Positions 1 through 10,525 of a stretch of DNA of 64,000 nt are shown piece by piece. Both the position numbers and the translations under genes were made by a program. Numbering within the stretch: the first letter of the stretch is position 1; each line of letters begins with the position of its first letter. Source of the DNA: Thermoanaerobaculia bacterium (lineage in GTDB: Bacteria; Acidobacteriota; Thermoanaerobaculia; Multivoradales; Multivoraceae); NCBI GenBank assembly GCA_963664405.1, contig OY761158.1, forward strand, positions 1,408,001-1,472,000. Reading direction: 5' to 3'. Below the pieces are notes generated by a model. That model was not told the origin of the DNA, did not search any database, and saw nothing but the letters and a program-made list of their open reading frames with translations.

Positions 1-1751
1 CAATCGTCGTCTGTCTGGCCCTCCTCGCATCACTCTTCGAAGCCTTCTTCATCCTCCCCGCTCATGCCTACGAATGGACCGGTGCTCTGGGCCGGCGGGC
101 TCAGCCCCAGCCGAAAGTTTGGATCGTCGCGCTCACCAGCCTCTACGCCAGGCTCATCGAGAAGGCGCTTCGCCGGCGCTACTGGGGCGTGCTCAGCCTC
201 CTTCTGGTCGCTGCCGCCGCCGCTGCTCTGGCCACACGAATGGACTTCATCTTGTTTGGAGGATCGGACCTACGTTCATTCAGCGTGGCAATGGAAGGCC
301 GAACAAGCGCCTCCTTCGGAGAGACGGATCGCATCCTCACCGAGATAGAGACGGCGATGATGAAACTGAAGGAGAGGACACCTGATATCGAGAGTGTGCG
401 TACCCGAGGTGGATCCCTGCGACGCGGCTACACCTCGGTGAACGGGACGCACGTCGGGGAGGTTACGGTCGACCTCCTCGATCTCGCGTCTCGGGAACGG
501 AGCGGACACGACGTGCTGGCGGAAGCGCGCAAGCACCTGGGGGATGTCGCCGGAGCTCGTGTTCTCGGATTCGAGGCGAACCTGGAGGTGCCGGGCGTGG
601 GCCGCGCCGTCAACGTCCGTGCCAAGGGACCGGGCTTCGAGACTCTGGTTGTAATCGCCGAAGAGGTGAAGAGCTACCTCCGCACCCTCGAAGGAGTTGT
701 CGACATCGCCGATGACTTTCCTCCGGGCAAGGACGAGGTGCGGCCGGTCCTCGATTTACACGAAGTCGCCGCGGTCGGTCTGGACGTCCGCCAGATCGCC
801 GCCGAGATACGCGGTGGCTTCGAGGGCATCGAAGCGACGCGCATCTACGACGGCGACGAGGAAGTCGAAGTCATGGTCAAGTACCACCAGAGCTCTCGCC
901 GAAGTATCGCCAACCTTGCCGAGATGAAGTTCGCTAGCCCCACGGGCATGATTCCGTTCTCCAACTTGGGCACCCTGGCGAGACAGCCCGGCTACAATCG
1001 GATCGCCCACCACGACTCTCAACGCGTCATCAACATCACCGCCTCCGTAAAAGAAGGGGTTGTGACTTCGCAACGGGCCAACCAGCTGCTGATCGATCAC
1101 TTCCTTACCCTCCCCGATCGCTTTCCAGGCTACTCGCTCGAGTTCGGAGGGGAGTTCGAGGAGACTCAGGAATCGATCGCCTCTCTCTTTCGCGCATTCT
1201 TCTTTGCAGTGATCGTGATCTACGTCATCCTCGGCGGACTGTTTCAGTCGTTCGTGCAGCCGCTGGTGGTGATGGTCTCTGTGCCTTTCGCTTTCATCGG
1301 TGTCATCGTCGGCCTCGTCATTCTCGACCTACCTCTGAGCACGGCCTCGCTCATCGGCGTCATTGCGTTGACCGGGATCGTGGTCAACGACTCCCTCATC
1401 TACATCGACTTCATCAATCGCCGCCGCGCCGAGGGCTTCGATGCCGACCAGTCGATTCTCAGCGCCGGCGCTGCCCGGCTACGCCCGATCATCCTCACTT
1501 CGGTGACCACCGTAGCCGGCCTTCTGCCGATGACCCTAGGCCTCTTCGGCGTCGATGAGACGCTGAGGCCAATGGCAGTCAGTATCGCCTGTGGCCTCTC
1601 CTTCGCGACTCTGCTCACTCTCTTCGTCGTCCCCTGCGTATACCGCATCGTCGACGACCTGAGCCTTAGACTTCGGGGCTACCCGCTGTCGGTCTCCAAG
1701 CCCGTCGAAGAGGATACGCCGCCCCACCTCGCCCCCGAAGGCACCCGCTAG
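1..1751 (+). CDS. RND efflux transporter permease, AcrB/AcrD/AcrF family (5' partial)
   Basis: Frame open from position 3 (IVVCLALLASLFEAFFILPAH...) into the 520-aa ORF; C-terminal RND motifs GIVVNDSL and RLRPIILTSVTTVAGLLPM. Confidence 0.9.
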   Translation, partial: IVVCLALLASLFEAFFILPAHAYEWTGALGRRAQPQPKVWIVALTSLYARLIEKALRRRYWGVLSLLLVAAAAAALATRMDFILFGGSDLRSFSVAMEGRTSASFGETDRILTEIETAMMKLKERTPDIESVRTRGGSLRRGYTSVNGTHVGEVTVDLLDLASRERSGHDVLAEARKHLGDVAGARVLGFEANLEVPGVGRAVNVRAKGPGFETLVVIAEEVKSYLRTLEGVVDIADDFPPGKDEVRPVLDLHEVAAVGLDVRQIAAEIRGGFEGIEATRIYDGDEEVEVMVKYHQSSRRSIANLAEMKFASPTGMIPFSNLGTLARQPGYNRIAHHDSQRVINITASVKEGVVTSQRANQLLIDHFLTLPDRFPGYSLEFGGEFEETQESIASLFRAFFFAVIVIYVILGGLFQSFVQPLVVMVSVPFAFIGVIVGLVILDLPLSTASLIGVIALTGIVVNDSLIYIDFINRRRAEGFDADQSILSAGAARLRPIILTSVTTVAGLLPMTLGLFGVDETLRPMAVSIACGLSFATLLTLFVVPCVYRIVDDLSLRLRGYPLSVSKPVEEDTPPHLAPEGTR

Positions 1752-1755
1752 AACA

Positions 1756-4326
1756 CTAGTCGCCGATCCAGAACGGGCTCGACCAAGCCTGCCCGCCGTC
1801 TAACTGGGTGAGGCGCACATAGTAGTAGTCGCCGCTCTCGGGGTCCTCCATGTCGGTGAACTGAAGCTCGCGGTCCATCGATGCCTCGGGGTCGACAAGT
1901 TGGATACGAACCCGATCGGTGTGGAGGTCGACTTGCATCTTGTGCTCGAAGCGACCGTCCTCGAGGTCCGCTAACGACATCCGAAGCTCCTCTGCAGGGA
2001 GCTCGGCGGGCTGTCTGACCATGACTGGAGCGAACCCATACTCCTGAGTCGGCTCGAGATGGAGATCCACGGTGGTCGTAGCGGTGGCACCTTCAAGCTC
2101 GATCAACAAGGTGTCGCGGCGGCCCCGTGTCTCGGCGTGAAAGAGCACACGGCCCTCATTCTCGCTGTCGAGGGAGGCACTCTCGAGATAGGCATTGTCG
2201 AGACCGACCGGGAGCACCTGCAGTACTCGAGCGCCTTTGACGTCGAGAAAACCCTCCCAGACGCGATAGGGGCGGGGGTTGTCGCGGCCCTCGAAGACCT
2301 CAGAAGACGACTCGAAACCGATCTGCAACCAGGTGTGAGATTGCAGCGTCGCATCGAGGTAGTGGCGGCTCAAGATCACCTCACCGTTCTTGACAATGTC
2401 GATGTGGTCGATCGGCGACGTCCCCATCGCACGGACTTCGATCTCTCTGGTCTCGCTGAAGGACTGTCTGGTTCCCATCGCTTCACCATTCACGCGTACG
2501 TCGAGAACGATACGGGGGCCCGAGGTTGCGTAAGCGCTGAGATCGCGCAGCCCATCGAAGATCGCATCGGTCGTCTTCTCAGGCGCTAGCACCGCGGCGA
2601 GCCCTCCCCACTGGGCCAGCGGTGCACGCCTCAGCCCGTGGGCGTAGCCCGGACGCGATCTGTGGTCGTCGGAGGCGGCAATGAATCCGATCTCAAAGCC
2701 ATTCTGGAGGTAGAGGTTGCCAAACCACTCGAAGCTGCCGTGCATCGAGTAGATCTCGACCAAGCGCTCGAGCTCGGGATCGCTCTGGGTCCAGTCGCCC
2801 GCCTGATGCGCGTGCGGAATGATCAGTACTTCTTCAGGTCGCACTCGCTGGTGCAAGCCGCGGTAGAGCTCCTGAAGCATCGGGGCTACCTGCCCCCCGA
2901 CTCGATCCTTGTCGGGAGTGCGGAAAAAGACATTGTGGTGCCCCCCGAGCTGTCGTGGGCTCGACCACTCGTAGCCCAGAAAGGCCACGAACTCCCCTTC
3001 TTCGGTGGTCTCCCGCGCAAGACGCTGCATCTCTTGCCATTCGTAGTCGTCGAGCCAGCTGTCATGCTCCGAGATACCCGCGAAGTCGAGACGCGCGTCG
3101 TAGCGAGCAAAGACGTAGAACTGCCCTGCGGAGCCCTGGCCCTCTGCCATGCCTGTGTGTCCGTGAGTCTCTCCCCAATACACTCGTGAAGAGGGATTCT
3201 CTTGCACCCACACCGGGTTACTCAACGTAGAGAGCGAGTCGTCCTCGGAGACGACCTCGTAGCGGTAGACCCCGGGCTGCTCGAGGCTGAGGTTCTCGAG
3301 GTTGGTCAAAGCATCGCCGCCGGCCGCCACCACCGCCACTTCTTCTCCCGCCAACAGCACGCGATATCCCGGAAGCGAGCCGGTGGCCCTGTTGTAGAGC
3401 CCATCCTCACTGCGAATGCGAAGGACGAAACTCTCCCCAACCGCGACCACCGACGGCGCGATAGCACTGACCGCCCGCACCTCGTTGCCTTCGACCGTTA
3501 CTGCCGGCCAACGAGGCGTCAGGAAAACTCCGTTCGCCTCCAGGTCGAGATAGAGAGGCAAGAGCAGCTGATCGCTAGAGAAGGTCTGTAGACCGAAGCC
3601 ACGAGAGCCTCCCGAGCGATCTCCGTAGATAACGGTGAACGAGTCGCCGGGCCCTAGGCTCGCGCCGCGCAGACGAAACGCCGGCATCGGTTCGGCGCCA
3701 CGAAAGCCACCATGCATTCCGGCCAGCGGAGACTCGATCCTCTCCCAGGTGGCGTCGGCGCCCGAGGAGCGAATGGAGACGTAGTGATCGGCGGCAGAGT
3801 CGGTGTTCTGATAGAGGCCCTGGTCCGACATCAATTGGCGACCCAGCATTACCACCCCTCCGTCGGCCATTGGCATCGAGCCGACGACGTACGTCTGCTC
3901 GAGAGTGACGAAAGAGCCGGCGGCCAGGGGTCCGGAAGGAGCGATCTCCAACTCGCCGATCGCGTCAGGGCGTTCATCCTTGATCTGGAGCTCGTAAAGG
4001 TAGTTATCGACAGATCTCAGCAGAGAGCCGCCGTAAGCTGTCGGCCCTGTCCCTCCATTCGTTTGCTCGGCGCGGGATGCCCGGGCAACGCTGGTCTTGG
4101 CGGTGGTCAAATTGACCGGCAGAACGCCACCACTCAAGGCGTAGGCATTGCCCCAGTCCCACAAGATCTGCGCCCGCTCGGAGACTGTCTCCTCACTCGT
4201 GGCCGATACGGCCATCTCCTTTTTCAACTGCTCTACACGAGAGCGCAGGTCGGCGCTCATATAGTCGCCGCCGCCGCAGCCAAGCGCGAGAAGAGCCAGC
4301 GAAGTAGACAGAGTGGCCTTGCCCAT
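1756..4326 (-). CDS. PHP-fold metallohydrolase lipoprotein (DUF3604/CehA-McbA-like)
   Basis: Lipobox-like LALGC; WGETHGHT, SEHD, GYEW, GHHNV and ASDDH metal-binding motifs; C-terminal YYYVRLTQ..AWSSPFW. Confidence 0.75.
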   Translation of the reverse strand: MGKATLSTSLALLALGCGGGDYMSADLRSRVEQLKKEMAVSATSEETVSERAQILWDWGNAYALSGGVLPVNLTTAKTSVARASRAEQTNGGTGPTAYGGSLLRSVDNYLYELQIKDERPDAIGELEIAPSGPLAAGSFVTLEQTYVVGSMPMADGGVVMLGRQLMSDQGLYQNTDSAADHYVSIRSSGADATWERIESPLAGMHGGFRGAEPMPAFRLRGASLGPGDSFTVIYGDRSGGSRGFGLQTFSSDQLLLPLYLDLEANGVFLTPRWPAVTVEGNEVRAVSAIAPSVVAVGESFVLRIRSEDGLYNRATGSLPGYRVLLAGEEVAVVAAGGDALTNLENLSLEQPGVYRYEVVSEDDSLSTLSNPVWVQENPSSRVYWGETHGHTGMAEGQGSAGQFYVFARYDARLDFAGISEHDSWLDDYEWQEMQRLARETTEEGEFVAFLGYEWSSPRQLGGHHNVFFRTPDKDRVGGQVAPMLQELYRGLHQRVRPEEVLIIPHAHQAGDWTQSDPELERLVEIYSMHGSFEWFGNLYLQNGFEIGFIAASDDHRSRPGYAHGLRRAPLAQWGGLAAVLAPEKTTDAIFDGLRDLSAYATSGPRIVLDVRVNGEAMGTRQSFSETREIEVRAMGTSPIDHIDIVKNGEVILSRHYLDATLQSHTWLQIGFESSSEVFEGRDNPRPYRVWEGFLDVKGARVLQVLPVGLDNAYLESASLDSENEGRVLFHAETRGRRDTLLIELEGATATTTVDLHLEPTQEYGFAPVMVRQPAELPAEELRMSLADLEDGRFEHKMQVDLHTDRVRIQLVDPEASMDRELQFTDMEDPESGDYYYVRLTQLDGGQAWSSPFWIGD

Positions 4327-4458
4327 ACTTCTTCCTCCTTACAACTGCAGCCTTGCCCGGGAGAGCCTGCGCACTATACCGCTGGAGGGACAGTGACGCG
4401 AGAGCAGCGATAGAGGAGGCGCCGAAGCTCCCCGCGACAGAGCCGGCCGCGGGGCTGC

Positions 4459-5868
4459 CTAGGGTTTCAGGTTGTTACGCTCGAGACCCTGCTCGGCCTC
4501 GAGATCGATCTGAATGACAGAGACGTTGTCGCTGAGAAGATAAGAGTCGAGAGTCCCGGATTCACTGGCATTCTCGAGCACGATGCCGGCGGTTCGCACA
4601 TCCTCCGCCAGCACATTTCGAATGCGCAGCGCTCGAAAATGCTCGTCGGACACAATCCGGTAGCGGACCCCATACTCGGGTTTCTTCGCACCTCGGAAGA
4701 CGACGTTGTCGATCAACAAGTCGCTGGTGTCCTGCACCAGCATCGATGCTCCGCTGTGGTTGGCGTCGACGAAGGAGACGTTGCGCACCGTGACGTTGGT
4801 GCTGTTTTCGACAAAGAGGCACGGCTCGCCGGGGCACCCGTAGATGCGGACGTTCTCAATCACGACATCCGCAGTGTTTCGAACATGAATCGGCCGCCAG
4901 TCATTGACCAAACTCCGATTACTTGAGGTACCTCGTCGTGGCGGCTGCTGGCCGGCAGCAGGCCGCCCCGCAGGAGTCCGCGGCGTCGAGGTTGCGCGAT
5001 TCAGATCTCCCGATCGCTGCCCTCCTTCGCGTACGCCTTCGACGCTCACATTTCGAATCGTGAGGCCGTGGTGGCCGAAGTCACTGTTAGCGGTGCGGAT
5101 CGCGACTTCGCAGTCCTTGACGTGAACGCCATCGATGGTGATGTGGCGATTGACCTGGCCGGGCCTATTGTGGTCTTGCACATCGACGCCATAGGCACAC
5201 GACTCGGCATAGATATCTCGCACCGTAATGTACTCCGAGCCGTTGGAGACTTCGACCGGGCCGCGCAGGGCGGAATCGTAGGCACGGATGTTCTCGACGA
5301 CCAGGTGACGAACGAAGAGCCCCTCCTCTCCTGCACCGCTGATCGAAACGGCGTCGCGAATCGTATTGCGGGCCGTGAGATTACGAACGACTCCGTGCTC
5401 GATATCTCCGTACTCGGCGAGAGGCGAGATCATGATGCCGTCTTTGGTGCTGTTGTTGGTCTCGCCGTTCTCGATCACGAACCGCCCCCGGCGCACCACC
5501 ACGAGGGCGGCCCGCCGATCTTGACCGACAGTGTCGTTGTTGCCTTCGAGCACGAAGTCGCGAAGGTGCACCCCTTCTGATAGCACTTCCAGAATGGGTG
5601 TCCGACCAAGCCCGGGCTGCAGACGGGCATTGAGGCCGACCAAAGTCAAAGGTTTGGTAATGCGGACGGTCGAAGTGATCTCGATCTGCGAGGCATGATC
5701 GACGATCACAGTGGAATGTGGCGGAGCTTGATCTACCGCCTGCTGCAAGCTGGACGCATCACGGTAGCTGACGGCATGGCTGATAGCGGGCATCGCATAT
5801 CCAATCAGTAACGCCACAAGGAAGCCTTGAAGGAGTTTGTGAATCGACACCACTGAACCTCCGATCAT
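4459..5868 (-). CDS. Secreted right-handed parallel beta-helix repeat protein
   Basis: Signal peptide; repeated (V/I)x(V/I)xN(V/I) beta-helix pattern. Confidence 0.7.
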   Translation of the reverse strand: MIGGSVVSIHKLLQGFLVALLIGYAMPAISHAVSYRDASSLQQAVDQAPPHSTVIVDHASQIEITSTVRITKPLTLVGLNARLQPGLGRTPILEVLSEGVHLRDFVLEGNNDTVGQDRRAALVVVRRGRFVIENGETNNSTKDGIMISPLAEYGDIEHGVVRNLTARNTIRDAVSISGAGEEGLFVRHLVVENIRAYDSALRGPVEVSNGSEYITVRDIYAESCAYGVDVQDHNRPGQVNRHITIDGVHVKDCEVAIRTANSDFGHHGLTIRNVSVEGVREGGQRSGDLNRATSTPRTPAGRPAAGQQPPRRGTSSNRSLVNDWRPIHVRNTADVVIENVRIYGCPGEPCLFVENSTNVTVRNVSFVDANHSGASMLVQDTSDLLIDNVVFRGAKKPEYGVRYRIVSDEHFRALRIRNVLAEDVRTAGIVLENASESGTLDSYLLSDNVSVIQIDLEAEQGLERNNLKP

Positions 5869-7172
5869 TGGGTTCTAACAACAGTAGCACCGCGCCACCG
5901 GTCGAGGATCACGGTGAGCCCGAAGAGGACCGGAGCGACGACGTGGAAGATGAGCCGAGGGAAGCTCGATAGCAGCGAGAACTCGTAGTCGAAGGTAGCG
6001 GTGAAATATCGAAGGACGTAGACACCGAGGAGCAATAGCACCAGGGAACCGATGACGCGGGTCTCCGCTCGCGCGACCAATAGGGGGATCAGCAAGAGAC
6101 AGACCGGGACTAGGTGCCACTCGGGCCGAAGGAAGGTCTGCCACAGTGCCGCTGCGATCTCGGGCGCTCGACCGGCTTCGAAAGATCCACTCTGCGAGTG
6201 TGAGAACAGGCCGTGTCGATAACCTTGGACCAGCCACGGCAAGCAAGCCAGGAGAGGCGGGGCGAGCCAGCGGCTAAGGATGGAGATACCAGGCCGATGC
6301 CCCGCCTGGAGGCGACGCCACAGGGCCGCGCCGATCAGCAGAACGGCAAGGGCGACTCCTTCGAGCTTCGCCGACGCCGCGAGTCCGGCGAGCAGGCCGA
6401 TCTGCAAATCACCAGTGAGACTCGGGGGCCGGCCCAAGGAAGGCAGAGCAGCAACCAGAGCCAGAGCGATCACCCAGTCTGAGCTCCCCGCCATCAAGTA
6501 GCCGACACCGAACATGACCAGGGTGACGGTGATGATGGCAAGTGAGAACTGTGCCAGGACTCGTTCGACATGCCAGGAACGCAGAGCCTCGCGCGCGCAC
6601 ACCAGCAGCATCGCGAGGAACGCGGCCGACCACAGCAGCAAGGGACCTTCACGGAAGCCGCCGGCAGCCAATGAATGAACAGCATAGAGCTCGGGCAGAA
6701 GCTGGGGATAATCGGGATGTAAGACGAGGTTCCAGTCGTAACTCAGATATTCGTAGTCAATGCCGCGGAGAAGAAAGTATCTGTGGCCCTTGATGCCCCA
6801 GTGGTAGATGAAATCTGGAAAGGTAATCCGCCCCGACGCGGCGAGAACCGCGAAGAAGCCGGTCGCGGTGACCGCCAGCGCGTCGGCCCATCCCAGTCGA
6901 GTCCCCTGTTCGACCGGAGGCCCAGCTGAGCCGATCCAACGGAAGCCGGCGATGGCGAGTCCGGAGACCAACACCACCAGCAGCGCCGGATGCCAGGGCA
7001 AGCCGACCAGATCCAGCCAAGCAAGAGTGATGTGGACTACGAGCAGGCCGGTCGCCAGATACATACACCCGCGAAAGCCAGCGGCGTCCTCATCGCCCAT
7101 AGCGGGGCTCCCGAAACCCCTCCCGAGAGCAGGAAGAGTTGCCAACAAGGCGAGGAGTGCAAGAAGACCCAC
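5865..7172 (-). CDS. Polytopic membrane protein, probable GT-C fold glycosyltransferase
   Basis: Many TM segments; HWGIKG, HPDYPQL and KLEG motifs; start uncertain (GTG at 7172 chosen to avoid overlapping the next gene). Confidence 0.55.
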   Translation of the reverse strand: MGLLALLALLATLPALGRGFGSPAMGDEDAAGFRGCMYLATGLLVVHITLAWLDLVGLPWHPALLVVLVSGLAIAGFRWIGSAGPPVEQGTRLGWADALAVTATGFFAVLAASGRITFPDFIYHWGIKGHRYFLLRGIDYEYLSYDWNLVLHPDYPQLLPELYAVHSLAAGGFREGPLLLWSAAFLAMLLVCAREALRSWHVERVLAQFSLAIITVTLVMFGVGYLMAGSSDWVIALALVAALPSLGRPPSLTGDLQIGLLAGLAASAKLEGVALAVLLIGAALWRRLQAGHRPGISILSRWLAPPLLACLPWLVQGYRHGLFSHSQSGSFEAGRAPEIAAALWQTFLRPEWHLVPVCLLLIPLLVARAETRVIGSLVLLLLGVYVLRYFTATFDYEFSLLSSFPRLIFHVVAPVLFGLTVILDRWRGATVVRTQ

Positions 7173-7288
7173 CGCGCCATTCTTCCACGCTGGTAGGTGC
7201 CGACGGGTGTGGCTGACGGCCTTCTGAGTGCCGACCCACCGTGTTAAGCTGTCTCGCCTTCGCGACCAAACCTGACCAGGGGAGCCTG

Positions 7289-8401
7289 ATGAATTTCGAT
7301 TTTTCCGACGCACAAAAAATGCTGAAAACCCAGGCCCGAGACTTTCTCAAGAGCGCCTGCCCAACCACCGTGCCCCGCCGAATTCTCGACGGCGACGAGC
7401 CTTTCGCCGCGGAAGTCTGGAAGGAGATCGTCGGCCTGGAATACACCGGCATCTCGATTCCTGAAGAGTACGGCGGCATCGGCTTCGGCTACCTCGAGCT
7501 CTGCTGCGTAGCCGAAGAGATCGGACGAGCGGTAGCGCCAGTACCCTTCTCCTCATCGGTCTACCTCGCAACCGAAGCTCTCCTCTTGGCTGGGAGTGAG
7601 GATCAGAAGAAAGAATACCTCCCGAAATTGGCGGCAGGAGAGATCGTCGGAACCTTCGCCTTCGCCGAGGGAAGCAAAGCCCCCATCGCAGCCAACATGG
7701 ATACCTCTCTTGCCGACGGGAAGCTGAGTGGCGTCAAGCTCCCGGTTCCCGATGGCGACGTAGCCCAACTGGCGGTTGTGATGGCGACTACAAGCGCCGG
7801 ACCGACACTGGCGATAGTCGACTTGGGCGGCGAGGGTGTCGAGAGTGAAGTCGTACAGACGATCGACCCCACACGCTCTCACTCCAAGGTCACGTTTTCC
7901 GGGGCGCCGGCCGAAGTGCTCGGCGCAGAGGGCCAGGGCTGGGATATCAAGGACCGTCTCTTCGACAGAGCGGCGATCCTCTACGCCATGGAGCAGCTCG
8001 GCGGCGCGGACGCCTGCTTGGCCATGGCCGTCGACTATGCTCGCGGTCGATACGCCTTCGGTCGTCCCATCGGCTCCTTCCAGGCGATCAAGCACAAGCT
8101 CGCCGACATGTACATCAAAAATGAGCTGGCCCGAGCGAACTGCTACTACGGTGCGTGGGCACTCTCGAGCGACGCTAAGGAGCTACCCGTGGCCGGAGCC
8201 GGCGCTCGCATCAGCGCAACCCAGGCGTACCACTACGCCTCGAAAGAGAACATCCAGACCCACGGCGGCATCGGCTTCACCTGGGAACACGACTGCCATC
8301 TCTTTTACCGCCGTTCGAAGCTCCTATCGCTCGTCGTTGGCAGCCTGCATTCGTGGAAAGACAAACTGATCACACGCCTCGAGAACGAGGCCGCGGCCTA
8401 G
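7289..8401 (+). CDS. Acyl-CoA dehydrogenase family protein (small subunit of a heteromeric pair)
   Basis: MNFDFS start; FGRPIGSFQAIKHKLADM and IQTHGGIGFTWE motifs. Confidence 0.9.
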   Translation: MNFDFSDAQKMLKTQARDFLKSACPTTVPRRILDGDEPFAAEVWKEIVGLEYTGISIPEEYGGIGFGYLELCCVAEEIGRAVAPVPFSSSVYLATEALLLAGSEDQKKEYLPKLAAGEIVGTFAFAEGSKAPIAANMDTSLADGKLSGVKLPVPDGDVAQLAVVMATTSAGPTLAIVDLGGEGVESEVVQTIDPTRSHSKVTFSGAPAEVLGAEGQGWDIKDRLFDRAAILYAMEQLGGADACLAMAVDYARGRYAFGRPIGSFQAIKHKLADMYIKNELARANCYYGAWALSSDAKELPVAGAGARISATQAYHYASKENIQTHGGIGFTWEHDCHLFYRRSKLLSLVVGSLHSWKDKLITRLENEAAA

Positions 8402-8426
8402 TTTCGGGCAGAGGGAGAGAGCGCAC

Positions 8427-9662
8427 ATGGACTTCAACGACAGCTCTGAGGAAGCGGCATTCCGCGCCGAGGTGCGGGGTTTTCTCGACGCCAACGCAAC
8501 TCTGAAGACGAGCAGCGACGACGACATCTTCGCCGACCGCGGGGACGAGAAGGATCTCGTCCGGCGGGCACAGGAGTGGCAGCTCAAGAAAGCCGAGAAC
8601 GGCTACGCTGTCATCCATTGGCCCGAGGAGTACGGTGGCCGCAACGCATCGCCGATCCAAAGTGTGATCTTCGGCGAGGAAGAGCGCAGGTACGACGTTC
8701 CTCCAGGCGTTTTCGCCATCGGCCTCGGCATGTGCGGACCCGTGCTGATGACTTACGCTGATAAAGAGACAAAAGAGAGACTCCTCCCTGGGATGGCGAG
8801 CGGTAAAGAGATCTGGTGCCAACTCTTCTCGGAGCCGGTTGCGGGTAGCGATCTCGCTGGTCTACGCACGCGCGCCGAGCGCGACGGAGACGACTGGGTC
8901 ATCAACGGCCAGAAGGTATGGACCTCCGGCGCGCACTACTCCAAGTACGGGATTCTGGTCACGCGCCACGACCCCAGCCTGCCGAAGCACAAAGGCCTCA
9001 CCTTCTTCTGGTTGGATATGGAGAGCCCGGGAGTCGAGATCAAACCGATCAAGCAAATCTCCGGCGGCTCCAACTTCAACGAGGTTTTCTTCACCAATGT
9101 GCGCATCCCCGACTCGCAGAGGCTGGGAGAGATCGGGGAAGGTTGGCAGGTCTCTCTCACCACTCTCATGAACGAGAGGCTCGCCGTCGGCGGGGCTGGA
9201 GCGCCCGACTTCGACGACATCTTCCGGCTTGCCCGTCGTGTCGAGCTAAATGTGGCCCCGGCCGTCGTCGACGCAGGCGTGAGGAGCAAGCTGGCAGATT
9301 GGTATGTTCAGGCTGAGGGTCTCCGACTGATCAGGGCACGCACCCAAACCAAGCTCGGTCGTGGCGAGACCCCTGGCCCCGAGTCCTCGATCGGCAAAGT
9401 GGTCAGCGCCAACAAGCAGCAAGAGATTGGCTCTTTCGGAATCGACCTGCTCGAACAGACCGGCGTGCTCACCGACGGCGAGCTACAACCGGGGGACGAG
9501 CTCTTCCAGAGTGGACTCTTGGGCTCACCTGGAATGCGTATCGCTGGCGGCTCCGACGAGATCCTGCGCAACATCATCGCCGAGAGAGTCTTGATGTTGC
9601 CTGGTGACATCCGAGTCGACCGCGACGTAGCCTATTCCGACATCCCGACCGGCCAGGTCTAA
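8427..9662 (+). CDS. Acyl-CoA dehydrogenase family protein (large subunit of the pair)
   Basis: WCQLFSEPVAGSDLAGL, NGQKVWTS, FNEVFF and IAGGSDEILRNIIAERVL motifs. Confidence 0.9.
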   Translation: MDFNDSSEEAAFRAEVRGFLDANATLKTSSDDDIFADRGDEKDLVRRAQEWQLKKAENGYAVIHWPEEYGGRNASPIQSVIFGEEERRYDVPPGVFAIGLGMCGPVLMTYADKETKERLLPGMASGKEIWCQLFSEPVAGSDLAGLRTRAERDGDDWVINGQKVWTSGAHYSKYGILVTRHDPSLPKHKGLTFFWLDMESPGVEIKPIKQISGGSNFNEVFFTNVRIPDSQRLGEIGEGWQVSLTTLMNERLAVGGAGAPDFDDIFRLARRVELNVAPAVVDAGVRSKLADWYVQAEGLRLIRARTQTKLGRGETPGPESSIGKVVSANKQQEIGSFGIDLLEQTGVLTDGELQPGDELFQSGLLGSPGMRIAGGSDEILRNIIAERVLMLPGDIRVDRDVAYSDIPTGQV

Positions 9663-9752
9663 GCAACGGAAAGTTCACGTCACGCTGACACAGCAGTGGA
9701 TGCCGCCCTTAGCGCTTGCGCTACAGAGCGCTACAGATGCTACAGTCAGTTC

Positions 9753-10001
9753 ATGAACAAGAGCATCAGTCAGCGGGAGCTTCGCAACGACTCAGGCGCG
9801 ATTCTGCGTGAAGTCCAGGCTGGACAAACCCTAATCGTGACTCGGAACGGTACTCCGATCGCGGAGCTTCGACCCTTACCACCCCGTCGCTTCGTCCCTC
9901 GAGCGGTCATCGGCGACGCCGCGCGGCGGGCGCCCAGCATCGACGCAGCTCAGTTCCGCAGGGATCTCGACGAATCCGTGGATCACACGGTCGATGGCTG
10001 A
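9753..10001 (+). CDS. Type II TA antitoxin, Phd/YefM family
   Basis: ISQRELRNDSGAILREV...VTRNGTPIAELRP; overlaps the start of the PIN toxin. Confidence 0.85.
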   Translation: MNKSISQRELRNDSGAILREVQAGQTLIVTRNGTPIAELRPLPPRRFVPRAVIGDAARRAPSIDAAQFRRDLDESVDHTVDG

Positions 10002-10395
10002 TCCAACTCGCGGCCTACTCGACACCTCGGTAGTCATCGATCACGACCAGATCGACCCGGAGCGGCTCCCCGACGAATCGGCGATCACGGCAGTGACGCT
10101 CGCAGAGCTCGCAGCAGGCCCCCATGCCACGGCGAATGAACAAGAGCGTGCCCGACGCCAGGACAGGCTGCAGTGGGCCGCGGCCACCTTCGACCCTCTA
10201 CCCTTCGACGCCAACGCCGCTCGGACCTACGGCCGCGTCTTTGCCGCCGTCCGTGCCGCCGGTAGATCGAGTAGAAGCCGGTTCGCCGATCTCCTGATCG
10301 CGTCGACCGCTGCGGCGAACGGCCTTCCGCTATACACACGAAACCCAGCCGACCTCAAGGCACTCGAGGGCATCGTCGAGATCGTGGAGCTTTGA
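9994..10395 (+). CDS. vapC: Type II TA toxin, VapC/PIN domain ribonuclease
   Basis: LLDTSVVID, TLAEL, DLLIASTA and LYTRNPAD acidic PIN motifs. Confidence 0.88.
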   Translation: MADPTRGLLDTSVVIDHDQIDPERLPDESAITAVTLAELAAGPHATANEQERARRQDRLQWAAATFDPLPFDANAARTYGRVFAAVRAAGRSSRSRFADLLIASTAAANGLPLYTRNPADLKALEGIVEIVEL

Positions 10396-10510
10396 ACGTC
10401 GAGAAACATGGGCGGCGGCGTGAGCCCGGCTGAACCTCGACCCAAGCAAGTCTCAACGATCTGAGAACCTCCGAGCGTTCAGCCGCTGAGGAAGAAGGAG
10501 ACTCCCGCTC

Positions 10511-10520
10511 GTATATCCTT
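10511..10520 (+). promoter_or_regulatory. Possible -10 element for the retron ncRNA/RT transcript
   Basis: TATATCCT about 6 nt upstream of the predicted ncRNA 5' arm in a GC-rich background; no clear -35. Confidence 0.25.
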
Positions 10521-10525
10521 GCGCT

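Noticed and set aside
1748-1759. CTAGAACACTAG between convergent genes as an excision footprint of the CTAG repeats
   Set aside because: Fully explained by two adjacent TAG stop codons
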